A stretch of 63,265 nucleotides of DNA, filler included, from Basidiobolus ranarum (Eukaryota), in NCBI GenBank assembly GCA_040143965.1. It is 7 parts of 7 records of this genome, joined end to end, with 100 filler letters (N's around TTAATTAATTAA, not from the genome) between each part and the next. Parts side by side here need not be neighbours in the genome. Positions count along the whole stretch, not along the records: positions 1 to 8,976 come from JASJQH010000892.1; positions 9,077 to 18,045 come from JASJQH010000893.1; 5 more parts are not named here. The stretch is one strand, 5' to 3'. The stretch's first letter is position 1. Every line of letters starts with the position of its first letter. The translations under genes and the position numbers were made by a program. Below the pieces are notes generated by a model. The model was given only the letters and a program-made list of their open reading frames with translations, did not search any database and was not told the DNA's origin. Shown piece after piece: positions 1-12,777 of the stretch.

Positions 1-180
1 GATTGCTGGGATCAAGTGGAACATAGGCACCACCAGCTTTGAGTACCGCAAGCATAGCTACAATCATGAATACTGATTTATCAAGACAGAGTGGCACCAT
101 CGATTCTGGACGAACACCGAGATCGATCAAATGATGAGCTAGTTTGTTGGCCCGTTGATTGAGTTCTGAATAGGTGACAT
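1..180. repeat. Near-identical 180-nt intragenic repeat in the NRPS A-domain N-termini (copies 1-180, 4697-4876, 7955-8134)
   Basis: Manual alignment shows about 6 differences to the copy at 4697 and about 7 to the copy at 7955. Confidence 0.95.
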
Positions 181-3100
181 ATTCAGAAGTTACAAACTGT
201 ACTGCTACAATATTGGGATTACGGTTTGCCTGATCTTCGACAATATGGTGAATAGAGACACTTGGAACACTTGTATAATTAGACGACTCTATGGGACAGG
301 CCAAGTATGTTTGGGTTTTGCTTAAAGCTATACTTAGTTGAGTAAGCTGTGTATCGACAGTTGCACTAACTAAGGCTTCAAACAAAGTTTTGAAGTCGCC
401 TGCGATTTGCTCGGCGTAAAATTTCGAGATTAAACTACCGCTCACATCCACAGTATAGATCATTTTTTTATCGTCTGAATATACATTTAACGCAAGGGAA
501 TACTATGCATAATGTGAAATTAAATATTAGTTAGCACACATACTTCTACTTGGATAAAGGCAATCAAAGAGACAAGATGCACATATGCCATATACCTACC
601 TCAGTTGCTTCATTGCCTGCTAATTGAACAAGTTTAGCATGCTTCTTAGACATGTTCATTTCTTCCGATTCAATTTTAACATCTGCTTTTTGGACAGGCT
701 CTACGGTATAGTTGACTAAAGTATCAAACACCGGAGATATTCCGATCCAAGTTTGAATATCACGTAAGCTACTCTGTTGATAGGAAAAGGCAGAGGCGTA
801 ATCATGATGGATCTCTTGAAGCCAGTCAATTACGGTGGTTTCATTTTGGCAGCGAACGTAGCATGGAAGTGTGTTGATACAAGGTCCAATGATGGATGAA
901 ACACCTTCTAGTTCGCTATTTCTTCCATTAACTGTATAGCCAAAGGTCACACCCTCATTTTGAGTATACACCTTCAATAATATGGCCCACGCTGCCTTGA
1001 CAAGTGTAAATACAGTGACCTTTGAATTCTGGGCAAACTGAGTGATGCTATAAATTGGTATATCAATTGAGCCGATGATGCGGTTCATGCCAGGATCGCA
1101 TTTCTCTGAAACGCCCAGTTTGGGAAAGGCCATTTTATCGAGTTGTGACAACTTACTTTTCCAGTAAGCCTCTTCCTCTTCAACAAAAGTTGGCGTTCGG
1201 TTGTGAATACTCCAAACAAAATCCTTGAATGAATGAGTCTTAGGACGTAGTTGCTGGTGGTAAATACTATGAAAATCATCCAGAACCAAACTCCATGCTG
1301 ATGCATCAAGAATAGCGTGATGCCAGCTGATTACAAACACACGTTGCTTCATGTCGATATCGAGTAGAGCAAACCGCATATTGGGTTGACCCAATTGGAA
1401 GCTCTTGGCTTTATCAGCGACTAGGTAGGTGGTAATTGCTTCGTCAGTGCACCCATCTGAGCAATGTATAACTGTCCATGGTGGGGTGTAGTCTTTGATT
1501 ACCATTTGTAAAAAGTTGAAGGGAGATGTATCAATCGGGTTTTCGATGAAAACTGAGTGTAGGATTTCGTGATCGCGAATAACTGTCATCCAGTCGTTTT
1601 GGAATTTAATCAAGTCGAAGTCACCAATAAGTTCAAATTGTTGCTGAATATGGTAGTAGCTAGAATTCTGGAGCATACCAGCAATGAGGCCTTCTTGAAG
1701 GGGTGTGCACGGAAAAATATCTTCAATGAGATTAGGATCAATCCCAGTGGCAGAAGAAATTTGAGGGTAAAGATAGCTAAACTCTGCTTCTGACAACTTG
1801 AGCATAGGAAAATCACTTCGGGTATGCTCAATGGCCTCAATTTGCGCGCAGCAACTGACAATGTCTATGAGAGTTTCTTGCCACCTTGAAAGCCACTGTG
1901 AAACTATCTCGAATGAGTGCAAACTGGGATTAAAAGTGATTACAGCTTGGAAACAGTGCTGATCCACATTTGCAGTGATGTCAAACACATGATCCCTTCT
2001 CCATTCGTTATCTATTTCTTCTAGATCAAAATCGAAAGGTGCTTTTACAGGTTGGAAAAATGAGTTTTCACTCTCCAGTTGTTGGAAACGGCCGAGATAG
2101 TTAAATCCAATTTGAATCACTTCCTGCTTGAAAGGATTCTCTGACTTCTCGCTAAGGTATCGAAGAAGTCCATAAATCATTCCGTTACCAGGCATGAGCT
2201 TTCGTAGATCTTTGACACGTTTCAGGATAGTCAATGGATCATCCTCCTGAGTGGCTTCTACAACGAGTGGATAGATCGTAGTGAACCAGCCTATAGTCCT
2301 TGATACATCGATTCCATCTCTCCACTCTTCTCGCCCGTGTCCTTCCATGCTAATAGTCATAGTATTCGTATTGAACACTGAGCAATAAGCTATCACCAAC
2401 GACGAGATCATCAGGTCGATAGCCTCAGTTTTGAAAGGGAGGTTGGACTTGCCAAACAGCTCCTCAGTTAATAAAGGCGTCAGTGTGAATGAGAGTGACT
2501 TCGATGACTGCATAGTATTTAGTTTTAAAAGAGCCAAATCACTGATAATCGGCCGAGATATTTTCTGCAACGGCCATGCTTCAATATTCAAGTCTTGTGC
2601 ATACGCATTGAGCATTGAGCTCCATTGCATAAAGGTCATAGACTTGTAACCAGGCATATTCCCTTGCAATAGTTGCTCAAGATCTTCCCAAATGATACGC
2701 CATGACACCAGATCAATGATAGTATGATGTACTGTCATAAAGAGCAACTGTGAGTCATCCTGCAAATCATATAGCGAGAACTGGAAGAGAGGGCCGGATA
2801 TTATATTGAGGCTACGTTGTAGATGATGAATGTGGTCTTTGAGCTCTTGGGCAGACTCTATTTTACTGTGATGAATTCGGAAGGCCACTTCGTCCATTGG
2901 TACGACTTTGGGTTGCCACTCATTTGCAGAGTATATAAAGCGACTGCGTAATACATCATGATGTTGAAGAAGAGTAGAGACTGCTTGAGAAAATTTATCG
3001 GCTGTGGTTGAGTCTCTCAGTTTGAGCAGCCATGATTGATTGAAATGATTTACATTTTCTTGCGGCATTTCAAAGAAGCGCTTTTGAATTGGGGTGAGAA

Positions 3101-6100
3101 GGATATTACCATGGGTAAGCAATGGGGTCTCAGCTCTCACGATTTCCACTAAAGTAGCAACTGCAGCTAGGGATCGAACGGTAGGGTTTTGCATGATTTG
3201 TTTCACGGAGAGCGAGATGCCTCTATGCCGACACAATGATGCTACCCGAATGGCTGAAATAGAATCCCCACCTAGTTGGTAGAACGAATCCAGGGTGCAG
3301 ATACTAGAAATGGGAATGTTAAGAATTTCAGACCATATCTCTTGGATTGCCTTTTCCATCGGTGCTGATAACTGAGTGTCACGTACAGTTTCGTTGTTCG
3401 ACCAGTTCATGATAGAGTCAAGATTTAACGATTTGAAGAGATCTGATAGCTTTCGGCGATCGATTTTCCCACTGGTGTTGATGGGGATAGTGGTAAGTGG
3501 CAACCATATACTTGGTATCATATATGGTGGAAGTTGTTTGCGCGCAATATCTTTCAGTTCCTCAATATACATAGAAGCAGCGGGAGCATGTGAGATAGAT
3601 AGTGCCTTAGAATCAGTATTTTCATGGTTCAAGTCGCAAAATGTCAGAAATACCACCAGTGACTTTCGATTGGTAGTATGATCAGTAAGTATTGAGAGTG
3701 CACATATTCCCGTTACTTTTGAGTGGCCATGAAGAATTCTCTCTATTTCACCTAATTCTATTCGCAAGCCATTGATTTTAATTTGGTGATCTTTCCTACC
3801 AACCAACTCTACAGATCCATTGTCAATGAATAGAGCAAGGTCACCAGTGCGATACAGTCGACATCCAGGTGCAAAGGAACTCGTCACAAATGCTTTCTCA
3901 GTGAGATCAGGCCGATTTAGATAGCCACGAGCGAGCTGAGGGCCAGCAACGCACAATTCACCTACCGATCCTATCGGTACTGGACGCATATCTGGGCTCA
4001 TAAGATATATTCTATTGCTTCCAATTGGTTTGCCAACATCACTACACACGACCTTCTCATCGAGACGAGGGTTTGCCAAAATAGCCACCGCAGCTTCAGT
4101 AGGACCATAGGCGTTACTAAGCTCTACATATGGTAGCCATGTGTTACGGGCTGCTGTTGTCATCATTTCACCGCCCATCATCAGTCTCTTCACTGATGGC
4201 ACCTCGATCGGGTCAATCAGTGTCGCAATTGTGGGAGTCAGCATAAGTGCTGTGACATTCATAGTATTTATGCAATGCTCTAAATCAGAGAGTAAGCTTT
4301 CCTTCGGAGCCAGTGCTACAGTAGCTCCAGCAGCAAATGTGCAATATATTTCGATCACTGAGGCATCGAAAGTATAGTTGGCGAATTGCAAGACTGAGTC
4401 ATGGGTAGTGAGTTTCCACACTTCGCCTAAGGCTTGTATGAAGTGGGTCACGGCGGAGTGTTCCAGCATGACTCCTTTTGGCACGCCAGTAGATCCTGAA
4501 GTGAATAGTACATAGCATAAGTTCATAGTGCTGAGTCCATCTACTTGAGGGTTCTTGTGTGAGGCTAGTTTGAGGGCTTCTTCTTCGGTATCAAGGAGAA
4601 TAAGAAGTCGGTTACTGAAGTTCTGCTTGTATTTGTCTAGCGTCACCACAATCTTAGCTTTTGTCTCTTCAAGAATAAAATTGTTTCGCTCAGCAGGATT
4701 GCTGGGATCAAGTGGAACATAGGCACCACCAGCTTTGAGTACCGCAAGCATAGCTACAATCATGAATACTGATTTATCAAGACAGAGTGGCACCATCGAT
4801 TCTGGACAAACACCGAGATTGATCAAATGATGAGCCAGTTTGTTGGCCCGTTGGTTGAGTTCTGCGTAGGTGACATGTTCGGAAGTCTCAAACCTTACTG
4901 CAATATTGTTGGGATAAAGGAGTGCTTTCTTTTCAAATAGGTAATGAATAAAAGTAACTTCGATATCATCGACACTACCACTCCAGTTTCGTACCAGTGC
5001 AGCTTCCTCGGGTATTATAATGTTTATATTTTTCACTATAGTGTGAGGATCATGAAGAATTATGTTGAGTGCTGCCTTAAAATGGTTAACTATCCAGCGT
5101 GCTTCAAATTCTGTTACTATCTCTTTGTTGTATGTTAAAGTGAGCTGGTGGTTCGATCCTTCTGTGCTCAACTCCATCACTATCGAATAGTCGATCGGCA
5201 TGGCTGTCGTTAGCTCTTTCAGCCCAACGGATGTCAAATCCCCGGATGTACTTACTAGATCAAGGTTCTGGATTGCTAAGAGAGAATCAAAGAGTGAACT
5301 TACACCTCTACCGCAGCAATGCTTCAAAATATTCTGCAATCCGATAGCTTGATGAGGGACCTGTTGAATTTGAGTGGTATGAATCAATTTGATCAAATCA
5401 AAAAGGGTCGAATCCTCGGTCATAGAGATACGCACGGGTAATACGTTAATACAAGGACCACATATATCCTGTATGTTTTGGAGAGGAACGTTTCTTCCCG
5501 AATTCACTACACCAAAGACAACATCGGAAACACCAATGTGGAACTTCAACACCATCGCCCACGCTAGATAAGCGATGGTGGCAATTGTGACATTGTGTAC
5601 TCTAGTCAGCGGACTGAAATCTGCAAGCAATATATCAGTTATGGTCGATGGTAGCTGAGGCTGCTCTGAAACAGAAATAGATCTGGCCAAATGAACTGTC
5701 GATACGTTTCTAAGTGTGCTTTCCCAATATTCTAGAGATCTTTGCTTGTCCAGTGATAATAAGTAGTCAATATAGATGCTGTACGAAGGCCTAGTGAGTG
5801 TAACGTCATTGTGATAGGCTGTGAGAACATCGTTTACTAAATGACCCATAGACCAGCCATCGTAAAGTGCGTGATGAATGGTCCATATGAGATAGGCAGC
5901 CTTGCCATTGCATTGCAGTAAAGTAAATCGAGTTAGCGGTTCATCCATGCGTATTCCTTTAGATCTATCGTTCATTAGAATACTTGAAAGATCACCTTCT
6001 AGTGAGCTCTCATCGGCAGTCTTGTAGATATTCCATTTAACATGCTTACTATTTAAAACTAGCTGAAGCGCACTCAAGTGAGCAAATCCACTTGTTGAAA

Positions 6101-8976
6101 ATTTTATCGTAGTTCGAAGAATTGGATTGGCACATATGACGGTTTCTATGGCTGTCCGAAGCCGGTTGTAATCAAAACTGAGCTCGCATCGATATACTCG
6201 CTGAGTAAGGTAATTTGCATTATCTTTCATACTCAAAGCAACAAGTCCCTCCTGGAGCGGTGAACAGGGATATATATCATCCACATCAACCAAGTCAATG
6301 CCGTTTTGCAATATATCACAATCCAACAAATGCTCAAGCTGATCATTTTCCAGGTCAAGTAGTGAGTATCTTACTGTGGACTTGGGTGCCTGACAATCAG
6401 AGTTTACAAGTAAACTTATTGAAGCAATCTCTGCAATGGTCGGATATGAGTAGAGATCCAGCACAGTGATCTTAAATCCAGCTTTGTGTGCAGCACCAAC
6501 TAGTCTTATGGCTAAGATGGAGTCACCTCCTAAAGCGAAGAACGAATCGTTTACTCCTATCGAGTCGGCAGGAGCGTTAAGAACAGATGACCATATATTT
6601 ATCCAACTTTCCTCGGCTGGCGTTCTAGCTTTGACGTGACCACTACCAACAGTTTGGTTTAGCAATATCAGATCGGCTTTATCGATGGTTGTAAAGAAAT
6701 CAGTGAAAAAATTGCGGTCTATCTTCTCACTTGCCGTGGTAGGCATTCTGCTGATGGGTACCCAGATTGTAGGGACCATGTAGGATGGAAGTTTTTTCCA
6801 AACTTTATGTTTCACATCAGCGATAAACGGAGCTGTGATGTCAGAATACGTCTCCCCAAGTAGGCTCATAGGAAGACTGTTATCCGCAAGATGCTTAAAA
6901 ACGATGAACGCAGCAAGATACTTGTGATTTGTTTCAGCATCAGTGATCAAGGGAAGTACACAAGCACTGGCGACCTGAGAGTGATCATATATCGCGTGCT
7001 CAATCTCATCCAATTCAACTCGCAAGCCATGAATCTTGATCTGATTGTCTTTTCTGCCCATCAACTCTACTGATCCGTCTTCATTAAATCGAGCAAGATC
7101 ACCAGTTTTATACATTCGTTCTCCTTCCACAAAAGGATTAGCCACAAAGGCTTTCTGTGTAAGATCTGGTCGGTTTAGATATCCTCGGGCCAGTTGAGGG
7201 CCAGTAATATACAGTTCACCAATCACACCTATAGGTACTGAATTCATATTTTGGTCAAGGATAAAGATTTTGTTTCCTCCAATTGGATTCCCTAAATTGC
7301 CACACGAAGTTGTATGGCTTACTTCAGAGTTGATCAAGACAAGGACAGTGGTTTCAGTTGGACCGTAACCGTTGCTTATCTCAGCGAAAGGAGACCAAGA
7401 GTTGCGAGCATTGGTAGTGAGCATTTCACCTATAAACATTAATTTCTTCACAGATGGGACTTGGGTTGGGTCAATATATGCAGCAATTGTAGGAGTTAAC
7501 ATCATACAAGTCACATTCAACATTGAGATAGATTTTTCCAGATCAGAGAGTAGATATTCCTTGCGAGTTAAAGAAATTCGAGCTCCAGCACTTAATGAGC
7601 AAAATATTTCAAACACAGATGCGTCGAAAGTGTAATTCGCAAACTGCAGAACTGAGTCATCGGTGGTGAGTGTCCAAGCTTGATTAATACCATGAATAGA
7701 GTTGACCACGGCAGAATGCTCTACCATAACTCCTTTAGGTGTACCTGTGGAACCTGAGGTATATAGCACATAACAGAGGTTGGATCCAGTCAATTGCCTC
7801 ACTTCTGGATTGACCTTGGGGTTTTGTTGAATTATCTCATCATCTGTATCAAGGAGAACCAAGTCTACTTTCTCGAAAGCTTGCTTGTACTTGGAGAGTG
7901 TTATTACCACCTGAGCCTTTGTATCATTGACTATAAACGTATTTCGCCCAGCAGGATTGCTGGGGTCTAGTGGAACATATGCACCACCCGCTTTGAGTAC
8001 CGCAAGCATAGCTACAATCATGAATACTGATTTATCAAGACAGAGTGGCACCATCGATTCTGGACGAACACCGAGATCGATCAGATGATGAGCTAGTTTG
8101 TTGGCCCGTTGGTTGAGTTCTGAGTAGGTGACATATTGCGATGTATGAAATTGCACCGCTATATTACCAGGGTGGGTAAGTACATTCTGTTCGAACAAGG
8201 AATGACCATAAGTTACTCCAGTAACATTAAAATTTGTGCCGCTCCAGCTCTCTACCAGAACTGTTTCTTCAGTTGTTACTACACTTATATCTTTCATCAG
8301 AGTGTGAGGATCGCTTAAAATCGCTCTCAATGCTGTCATGAAATGGTTGACGATCCACCGTGCTTCAAACTCAGTCACAACTTGTGTGTTGTATGTCAAC
8401 ATGAATTGGTGATACAATCCTTTGGTATTCAGCTCCATCACTATGGGATAATTGGCAGGCATAGCTGCTGTTATCTCCTTCAACCCAATGGCGGCAAGAC
8501 CCTGCGTTATAGCTTCCAGATTGAGATTTTGAATCACTAAAAGAGAATCAAAAAGTGAGTGAACACCTTCATCGCTGCAATGCTTGAGAATATCCTGTAA
8601 TCCAACAGTCTGATGGTCACTTCGTTCACTTTGAGTGGCCTGTATCAACTTCATTATACTCAAAAGAGATGAATCATCCGGCATAGAGATACGGATTGGC
8701 AGTGTATTGATACATGGTCCACAGATATCTTGTATATTCTTGAGAGGAATGTTCCTTCCCGAATTCACAGCACCAAACACAACGTCTGAATTTCCAGTGT
8801 GTACTTTTAGTACCATTGCCCAAGCTAGATAAGCGACTGTGGCCATTGTAATGGCATGAACATTGGTCAATGAATTAAAATCTGCATGTAACTCCTCTGT
8901 AATTTGTGATGAACATTGAAGTTCTCCCAAACCAAAAGTTGACTTAGCCAGGTGTGTTACTGATACATTACTCAGC
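1..8976 (-). CDS. Multimodular nonribosomal peptide synthetase, internal fragment open at both contig ends: C(partial)-A-T-C-A-T-E-C-A(partial); one intron 503-599
   Basis: The 2788-aa ORF has two A domains (YTSGSTGTPKG / FTSGSTGVPKG, YGPTE, YKTGDL / YRTGDL), two T domains (FFALGGDSI, FYQLGGDSI), C domains (HHALYDGWS, HHAILDASAW) and an E domain (HHTIIDLVSW, EGHGRE, RTIGWFTTIYP). A GTAGGT...GCTAAC...TAG intron at 599-503 restores the frame into YSLALNVYSDD... and a third A-domain start (TYSELNQRANKLAH...LKAGGAYVPLDP). Confidence 0.97.
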
Positions 8977-9076
8977 NNNNNNNNNNNNNNNNNNNNNNNN
9001 NNNNNNNNNNNNNNNNNNNNTTAATTAATTAANNNNNNNNNNNNNNNNNNNNNNNNNNNNNNNNNNNNNNNNNNNN
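8977..9076. other. Artificial contig spacer (N44-TTAATTAATTAA-N44)
   Basis: Identical 100-nt linker with stop codons in all six frames, repeated six times in the window. Confidence 0.99.
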
Positions 9077-11635
9077 TAATATTTTTTCGTCAAATAGGTG
9101 CACAAACCAAAATTGTTTGAAGACCACGCCAGCCAGTAGCATTAGACGACTTTGGAACCGAGACCTTGCTGCAGTACTTAATTTCCGGCATATCTTAGCT
9201 TCGCTTAGAGAAAAAGGTACCCGTCCTGACCGATTTATGCCCCAAAAGCCAGGTAAAAGAAAAGGCAAGCAAAAGGAAAGCCAAGAATCAAATACTCTTC
9301 CTCCTCAGTTATCGCTGTAGGACACTCACATAGGTAAGATTTTAAAAAATATGTTGATCGTTTAGAAATCATCATTTCCACAAAAAAACCAAGACGTCTA
9401 GTTTTACTGTTGACATTCGTCTGAATGCTTTTCTATGATTGTGTAATTATTTTTTGCAATCATCTAATTTTATTTCTTTGATGTATTCATTGTTTAAAAT
9501 GGAATATTTTCATTCAATCTCTTCGGTTTACAAATAGTATGAAGTAACAGACCCCAACTCGTAGAAAATCACGTCACATCATTGCCTCAAATGCAACCAG
9601 CAGCCTAGTAGTCATTGGTCACATGTAATCATAGCCAAATACTACAGTCTGAAAAGTTGGTAGTGTTCAATGCTCACTACGGTTACAATTACCAGTTTGC
9701 GTATAGATTGTTTCCAAAAGCAGACGCACTTCCTGCCTCCGCAATGCTTTACAATATGTACGAACTAGGATCCTCATTGGCATTGCTATTCCAATAGCAC
9801 ATGCTACCAGCTAAACCAAAGGAGCTATTCACAAGTGCCTTACGACCATCGACAATTGAGCAATGCCAAGGAACGGTCTTGATGGAGAAATGTGGTGTAT
9901 TCCCGTTCGTGTTCAGCTGGTTTGGATAAAAGTACTCACTCTTTATGTAGGTCAAATTCCTCTTGTGATCTGCATTGTAACTGAAAACGGTAAGTTCTTG
10001 TTTTAGAAGCACTAGCTAATCCATGAATCCCGTAAACATTACAAACCCCTCACAACCATATGAACTTCACTAAGTTTCCCATGCTTTTCGAGTGAGACAA
10101 CCAAGTCATAACGACCGTGATGTGATACAGCATCACTCTGGGCTGATCACTAATCGCAATGACGCCTAAAGAAGATGCATTTGGTCGCTGGGATAAACGT
10201 ACAATTCTCTGGAAACAAATCACACCCAATATTTAGACGGATATCATCCTAATATGAGAGAAATATCAATCACAGCTTGATTCCAAAGAAGAATAATGAT
10301 ATCCGATCTAATCCCTCTCTGCCGCTTCACCACTTCAGGAATTAAGCTTTCCATGATTTAATTATCTCTGCTCTAACGCTAATACTGGCCATTCCCCTCT
10401 TCTCTCCTGACACCAATTGAGACATGCGAGTATCCAATAAGCAGTGAATTACCGTAATTGCTCCATACTTTCCGATGTACACAACGCTCATACATCAAGG
10501 CTCTCATTATCCCAAAGTGGACATGCAACTAGTTACCACGATGAATCTAGTATCATCATTCGTGTCGCATTCAACGGTGTCATATAGGAGGCAATCTCAC
10601 GCAGTATTTGATTCACCTGTAGAGAGAGTGGTGTGATTTGTATGAAGGTAGAATACAGTGGAGAAACAGACTGGCGCCACTGGCTGGCATACTTGTGGTA
10701 AAGAAATCGCCAAGATCGAACTCGAATCAAAATGGCAGAATGGATTACCGTTTGATAAGGTTTGTACTAGCTTAAATTATGTATGTAGCCACATTGGATT
10801 CCCTTCGCTGTTTTCAGTGGCAATGGTATGGAATAAGCATCTGGAATAGCTGCTAGACATTGACAACTTCCAAACCGATATATCCATTGGTGGTCACCAC
10901 GGATTATCCACCGCAGGATGTGTGGAATCATGGATTGTTACTACTGGGGTCCCTAGCCCTTGCTCAAGCTCCGATTGCTGATGGAAAATAACCGAAGTAC
11001 GTATATGGGAATCCCACTTGCCGAAACCACTATTCCATCAATTGGTGCTTTCTATAGATGCGATATAAATAAATCTATTGATCAGAGAAAAGAACTAGAA
11101 ACACCTACGTACGTAGAATGGGATCAGGTAAACGTATGACTGCCAATCCTATTTAATAATGAAAAAAAGAACAGGTTAATGGAAAGGAAAAGGAAACGTA
11201 ATAAGATTTGCTGATTACTTTGTAATCCATGAATATCATTGAAGCATACATAGCCAATCATTTTATCTGATTTGGGTTATAGTCGGTAGAGTGGGGGATG
11301 TCTTGACGAATTGGATTTCTGCGTTCTAGCTGAAAAAAAAGCGATTCTTGTACTTGGAAAATACATAAAAGGACCATATCTAATTTGGTATTGCTATATC
11401 CTCCATTTTGCCACGCACTTTGGCTCGTTTGGTTTAACAACTGATACCCTATCCATCTATCGAAACCTTGATTTGGAACCTTTTCATTACATATCCTCTT
11501 ACTCGACTCCCATTTTGGTTTCTATCCCTTTATTTGAACTTTTATTGTCTATTTCTCGTTTCAACCATTTCGGTTTTGTGACGCAAACTAGCAAGTTTTC
11601 TCGTCAACCTAGTCTTTAATTTTTCGCTCTGCACA

Positions 11636-12777
11636 ATGAATAGCATGAACAACTTGACTACCACGAATGCAATGAACAACGTTGTAAACAGAAGTTTCAA
11701 CAATAGTGGCCTGTCGTCCCCTCTTTCCAAGGAAGAACAACGTGGTACTAAGCGTGATTTTGAGGAAGATGAAGACGTTGATTCTGACGAGGTCGTACCC
11801 AAAAACTCGAAACGGGCAGGTCGTCGTAAGATCAAAATTGAATATATCGAAGACAAAAGTCGTCGCCACATTACTTTCAGCAAACGTAAGGCTGGTATCA
11901 TGAAGAAGGTATTTTCTTTACTAGTTGTACAAGAGGTTAGATATTTCATTTCTGACATATTTATGGTGTTTAGGCTTATGAATTAAGCACACTTACTGGA
12001 ACACAAGTTCTTTTGTTGGTTGTTTCCGAGACCGGCCTGGTTTATACTTTTACTACACCCAAATTACAGCCTCTAGTCACCCAACCCGAAGGTAAAAATC
12101 TCATTCAATCCTGCTTGAATGCTCCAGACACAGCCCAGCCTAAAGATAGTGATCCTTCACCTGTAAGTAAATTACTCTCGCATCAATATTCTACCAACTC
12201 AAACTAATTTGTCGATCGATAGCAACCCAGTCAACCTCGTACCCCACAAATGCCCAATGTTTATGGAAACGAAGGCACGCCAGTTGAACAAAACAACGAC
12301 GCTATATATGGGGATGAAAGAAAGGTAAGACTCTTCAAAATATGAACAATTGCGAATGTTTTAGTAACCGTGTACAAATAGCAATCAGTTCCATACAATT
12401 CTACCCTTGCTGGTCTCGGCTATGGTCAACAATATAGCGGTCTTCCTGCGCAACTATCTGGTCAAATGAGTTCACAAATGAATCCTCAAATGTCGAGTCA
12501 ACTTTCAGGCCAGATGCCTAGTCAGATGCCTAGCCAAATGGGCAATCAAATGCCTAGTCAACTTCAATCTCAGATGTCGAATCAAATGCCACTTGGTGCT
12601 GGCAGCTTAAACTCAGGCAACTACATGAACCCAGGGCAATATCCTCAGTACAATCAGCAGCAATCAATGAATCCTTATGCCGCCCAAGCCAACCAATACA
12701 TGCAGCCAAATAACTATTGGGGAGGAAGCAACAACATGGGAAAAGTTCCTCAGTATCCTCAGGATGATAAAAAATAG
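11636..12777 (+). CDS. MCM1: SRF-type MADS-box transcription factor; exons 11636-11908, 11974-12162, 12223-12324, 12382-12777
   Basis: The spliced product reads RRKIKIEYIEDKSRRHITFSKRKAGIMKK|AYELSTLTGTQVLLLVVSETGLVYTFTTPKLQP, the Mcm1/SRF MADS domain. Three GT-AG introns keep the frame through a Q/M/P/S-rich tail. Confidence 0.96.

Noticed and set aside
564-599. NRPS C-terminus VGIWHMCILSL and stop at 564
   Set aside because: This is read-through into an intron; the coding sequence continues from 502.
1085-8832. Many short ORFs overlapping or antisense to the NRPS (similar ones overlap MCM1, HMG1, GFA1, the sugar porter and ADH)
   Set aside because: Shadow ORFs of long coding regions with no recognisable motifs.
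9021-9032. TTAATTAATTAA palindrome recurring about every 9 kb
   Set aside because: Synthetic six-frame stop linker embedded in N runs.
9077-11620. Short ORFs and possible CArG autoregulatory sites upstream of MCM1
   Set aside because: No domain similarity, and only imperfect CC(A/T)6GG matches that are expected by chance.
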